Program-made: the position numbers and the translations under genes
Part shown: one piece after another, positions 60,891 to 64,000 of the stretch
How positions within the stretch are numbered: the first letter of the stretch is position 1
How the letters are laid out: the number at the start of each line of letters is the position of its first letter
Notes under the pieces: generated by a model
What the model was told of the DNA's origin: nothing
What the model saw: the letters and a program-made list of their open reading frames with translations, nothing else
Database searches by the model: none
NCBI RefSeq assembly: GCF_004353825.1
Contig: NZ_SMNA01000010.1
Location: 1 to 64,000, forward strand
Direction of reading: 5' to 3'
Origin: Occultella glacieicola
Lineage (GTDB): Bacteria > Actinomycetota > Actinomycetes > Actinomycetales > Beutenbergiaceae
DNA length: 64,000 bases

Positions 60891-62207
60891 ATGGTGTGGT
60901 TCCAGGAGGAGAAGCGGTGGATCTCGCGGCCCGAGATCGAGTCACTGTGTGACCGGTTGCTGGACGAGGCGAAGCCGCGGTTGCAGATCACGTCCTACCA
61001 GCGGGTGCTGCTGCTGCCGCCGGACATCACCCGCGCCCACGCCGGCGTCGGCTGGATGACCGAGTACCTCTACCACCGCCTCGACGAGGCCGGCGCCGAG
61101 GTCCACGTGATCCCCACGCTCGGCCAGCACGTGCCGCACACACCGCAGGACAACACCTGGATGTTCGGGTCCATCCCCGAGGAGCGCATCCACGCCCACG
61201 ACTGGAAGAACGGCGTCACGAACGTCGGCACGGTGCCGGCGGAGTTCGTCGCCGAGCGCACCCACGGCGCCGTGGACTGGGAGATCCCGGTGGACCTGAA
61301 CACGATGACGGTCACCGAGCAGTGGGACCTGATCATCAACATCGGGCACGTGGTGCCGCACGAGGTGCTCGGGTTCGCGAACCACAACAAGAACTACTTC
61401 ATCGGGCTCGGGGGCAAGCGCACCCTCGGGGCCTCCCACATGGCCTCGGCGGTGTACGGGATCGAGAACAACCTCGGCAACCTGCTCACGCCGGTGCGGG
61501 CCTGCTTCAACTACGCGGAGGAAAACTTCCTCGGCCACCTGCCCGACGTCTACCTGCAGGTCGTCATGGACTACGACTCCAGCGGCGCTCTGGCGCACTC
61601 CGGCGTGTTCGTCGGCGACGACGTGGAGACCTACGTCGCCGCCGCCCGGTCCAGCCTGAGCCAGAACATCACCCAGTTCGACGAGCCCGTGGACAAGATC
61701 GTGGCCGTCATGCAGGAGGACGAGTTCCGGGCCACCTGGGTCGCGAACAAGGCGGTGTACCGCACCCGGATGGCGATGGCCGACGGCGGCGAACTGCTGG
61801 TCATCGCGCCCGGTGTGGAGCGGTTCGGCGAGCAGCCCGAGGTGGACGCGCTGATCCGCAAGTACGGCTACCTCAGCAAGGACGAGGTGCTGGAGCTGTA
61901 CAAGACCGAGGCGGACATGCAGGACATCCCGCACGGCACGGCGCACCTGGTGCACGGCTCGTCCGAGGGTCGGTTCCGGATCACGTACGCGCCCGGGCAC
62001 CTGACCAAGGAGGAGATCGAGTCGGTCGGGTACGGCTACCTCGACCTGTCCGAGGCACTGGCCCGGTACGACCCGGCGGTGATGAAGGACGGCTGGAACA
62101 CGATGCCCGACGGTGAACGGGTCTTCTACATCTCCACACCGTCGGCCGGCCTGTGGGCCACGCGGGAGAAGCTGTCCCAGCGCGCCGAACACGAGCAGCA
62201 CTCCTGA
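60891..62207 (+). CDS. LarA-family (lactate racemase domain) racemase/epimerase
   Basis: PDITR, LGQH, PHEVLGF, NKN, SH, NKA motifs in LarA order; TATGGT -10 box 6 nt before ATG. Confidence 0.8.
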   Translation: MVWFQEEKRWISRPEIESLCDRLLDEAKPRLQITSYQRVLLLPPDITRAHAGVGWMTEYLYHRLDEAGAEVHVIPTLGQHVPHTPQDNTWMFGSIPEERIHAHDWKNGVTNVGTVPAEFVAERTHGAVDWEIPVDLNTMTVTEQWDLIINIGHVVPHEVLGFANHNKNYFIGLGGKRTLGASHMASAVYGIENNLGNLLTPVRACFNYAEENFLGHLPDVYLQVVMDYDSSGALAHSGVFVGDDVETYVAAARSSLSQNITQFDEPVDKIVAVMQEDEFRATWVANKAVYRTRMAMADGGELLVIAPGVERFGEQPEVDALIRKYGYLSKDEVLELYKTEADMQDIPHGTAHLVHGSSEGRFRITYAPGHLTKEEIESVGYGYLDLSEALARYDPAVMKDGWNTMPDGERVFYISTPSAGLWATREKLSQRAEHEQHS

Positions 62208-63817
62208 ACGGCGGACCGACCCTGCATCCCGCACCCGCTCACCAGCGCGCCCGTTTCAGCCTGACCGCAGGCGCGGCCGAGTACCTCGCCGCGCCCGCGG
62301 ACCGGAGTCTGTGGCCGGACACCTGGACGCTGCAGCGGATCCGGCGGGACGCCCTCGGCGCGCTCGTCCGGGTCTACTGCGGCTGGCCCCGCACCATCGC
62401 CGCCGCCGCCGCGGTGCTCCTCGGGGCCGGCGGTGGCTTCCTCCTGATCCAGGGCCACGACGCGATGGACGTGACCGGGCTGATCTCCCGGATCGCCGGT
62501 CTCGTGCTCGTCGTGGCCGCCGTGGCCTTGGGGGGCTACGTGCTGTTCACCGGCGCGCGTCTGGTCGCGGCCATGTCCGCCTGGGGGCGGATCCGGCCCC
62601 AGGACCGCGTGGTCACGACCGGGACCCTGTTCACGCCCGCGTTCGTGGTCCGGGTGGTCGGGGCCGTGGCTGCGCTCGCCGGCGCGACCGTGCTGATCGT
62701 CCGCCAGCTGGACCCGGAGACCGCCCTGCCTGCGTTCGGGGCCGTGGCCATCATCGCGACCGGGATCATCGCCGGGCTCGGGTTGCTCGGCTCGGTGCTG
62801 GCCGTGCTGCTCGGACAGCGGGCGCCCAGCGGACCGGGGACCACGTCGCCCCGCGGCGCCGCGGCGGGCAGCCAGTACGAGCCCGGCGCGAGCCAGTACG
62901 CGCCCGGGGCCGGCCAGTACGCGCCCGGTGCGAGTCAGTACGGTCCCGGCGGGTACGCGTCGGCCGGAGCGGGCGCGTCGGCCGACCCGCCCCAGTGGCA
63001 GCCCGGGCCGGACCAGCCCGTGGGGCCGTCGGACCCCGCCGACCAGCAATGGGCGCAGCCGCCGCAGCCGGGCATGCCCGACCAGCCTGGCGGGTATCAG
63101 GGCGCAGCCGAGCCGTGGGCACAGCCGCCGCAGCCGGGCGTGCCCGACGGGCCGGACGGGTATCAGAGCGCGGCCGAGCCGTGGATGCAGCCGCCACAGC
63201 CGGGCATGGCCGACCAGCCGGGTGGGTATCAGGGCGCGGCCGAGCCGTGGGCGCAGCCGGGACAGCCCGGCCCGTCGGACGCCGAGCCGTGGGCGCAGCC
63301 CCCGCCCGCGCACCCCATGACCACCGGACACGATCCCGCGACGGCCGGACCTGCGCCGTCGGCGGCCGTAGCGCCAGCGGAACCGGCCCTTGACGGCGAC
63401 GACGACATCGAGCACACCCGCCTCGTGCACCGGAACCTGCCCCCGCCGGCCAAGGAGGACGTGACCCGCGCCGTCCGGGCACCGGAGATCCAGGTGCTCC
63501 TCTCCGACGGCCGGCACCTGCCCCTGAACGCGACCACGCTCCTCGGCCGGGCACCGCAGGCACGCACGAGCGAGCAGGTGGAGGGACTGCTGGAGGTGGA
63601 CGATCCCGCCGTCTCGAAGACCCACCTGTCGGTGCGGATCGAGGGCAACAAGGTCTGGGTGACGGACCGCGCGTCCACGAACGGGACCATCCTCAAGGGC
63701 CCCGGCGGGGACGAGACCGAACTGGAGCCGTGGCTGGAGACCGCCGTCGCCATCGGCGCCACCGTGCACTTCGGGCACGTGGTGCTCTCGGTGCTGCTGG
63801 ACGAGGCCACTGGCTGA
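62204..63817 (+). CDS. Membrane protein (4 TM) with repetitive Pro/Gln linker and C-terminal FHA domain; start codon uncertain
   Basis: LGRAP...VSKTH...DRASTNGT; start either GTG 62153 or CTG 62204. Confidence 0.85.
   Translation: MNGGPTLHPAPAHQRARFSLTAGAAEYLAAPADRSLWPDTWTLQRIRRDALGALVRVYCGWPRTIAAAAAVLLGAGGGFLLIQGHDAMDVTGLISRIAGLVLVVAAVALGGYVLFTGARLVAAMSAWGRIRPQDRVVTTGTLFTPAFVVRVVGAVAALAGATVLIVRQLDPETALPAFGAVAIIATGIIAGLGLLGSVLAVLLGQRAPSGPGTTSPRGAAAGSQYEPGASQYAPGAGQYAPGASQYGPGGYASAGAGASADPPQWQPGPDQPVGPSDPADQQWAQPPQPGMPDQPGGYQGAAEPWAQPPQPGVPDGPDGYQSAAEPWMQPPQPGMADQPGGYQGAAEPWAQPGQPGPSDAEPWAQPPPAHPMTTGHDPATAGPAPSAAVAPAEPALDGDDDIEHTRLVHRNLPPPAKEDVTRAVRAPEIQVLLSDGRHLPLNATTLLGRAPQARTSEQVEGLLEVDDPAVSKTHLSVRIEGNKVWVTDRASTNGTILKGPGGDETELEPWLETAVAIGATVHFGHVVLSVLLDEATG
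62870..63302 (+). repeat. Coding repeats: 21 bp x4 (SQYxPGA) and 66 bp x3+ (WAQPPQPGMPDQPGGYQGAAEP)
   Basis: Units at 62870/62891/62912/62933 and TGG at 63050/63116/63182/63248. Confidence 0.88.
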
Positions 63818-63861
63818 GCCGTCCGGTTCCCGCGCCCGCGGGGTGGGTTACACTGCCAGAC

Positions 63862-63909
63862 ATGCGCGCAGTCCGCTTGCTCCTTCCGTGCCGCGGCGAG
63901 GCCCTCTAG
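63862..63909 (+). CDS. Leucine-rich leader peptide MRAVRLLLPCRGEAL
   Basis: 15-codon uORF with TTG-CTC-CTT Leu run; TACACT -10 box 7 nt upstream. Confidence 0.85.
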   Translation: MRAVRLLLPCRGEAL

Positions 63910-63973
63910 GCCGATCCTCGTCGCGGAGTTGTGGTGCCCGGCCCCCACAGCCGAACCAGCGACAAGGACGATC
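63891..63973 (+). promoter_or_regulatory. LEU element (translation-level attenuator of actinobacterial leuA)
   Basis: CCTCGTCGC(GG) (63916-63926) can pair with the uORF (63891-63901) or with GCGACAAGGA covering the RBS (63959-63968). Confidence 0.8.
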
Positions 63974-64000
63974 ATGAGCAAGCGCACCACCTACGGGATG
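63974..64000 (+). CDS. leuA: Start of probable 2-isopropylmalate synthase (partial, MSKRTTYGM)
   Basis: Only 9 codons visible; call rests on the upstream Leu leader/LEU element and AAGGA RBS. Confidence 0.7.

Noticed and set aside
1..64000. tRNA, rRNA, integrase or transposase genes
   Set aside because: None recognised by eye; a tRNAscan/Infernal/ISEScan run would be needed to exclude them formally

Overview
This is very GC-rich actinobacterial chromosome, Micrococcales-like by gene content (inference). The core backbone is comEA-comEC-holA ... rpsT, PemK-like gene ... lepA-hemW ... DUF3097/hrcA-dnaJ-rsmE ... phoH-ybeY-CNNM-era ... probable leuA start. Three blocks stand out. (1) A divergent thiolase / ABC transporter / acyl-CoA ligase / TetR / 3-hydroxybutyrate dehydrogenase / esterase / CoA-transferase catabolic cluster (7.4-19 kb). 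(2) A circularly permuted ATP-grasp + alpha-E + active transglutaminase operon, a predicted peptide-tagging system (21.4-24.8 kb). (3) The best candidate for an uncharacterised system, a ~19 kb locus (44.7-63.8 kb). It encodes a PP2C phosphatase, an FHA protein, a receptor Ser/Thr kinase, a degenerate-FHA+HTH protein, a 2036-aa Ig/cadherin-like + FN3 surface protein, a MoxR AAA+ ATPase, DUF58, a catalytically dead membrane transglutaminase and a second membrane FHA protein, and it is interrupted by an orphan LarA-family racemase/epimerase. Non-coding features include a CIRCE before hrcA, a Leu leader peptide/LEU element at the right edge, a candidate TetR operator, terminators, several intergenic repeats and many apparently leaderless genes. 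I saw no tRNA, rRNA, CRISPR-cas or transposase. All product calls come from motif recognition by eye, not database searches, and many starts were adjusted from the ORF track.
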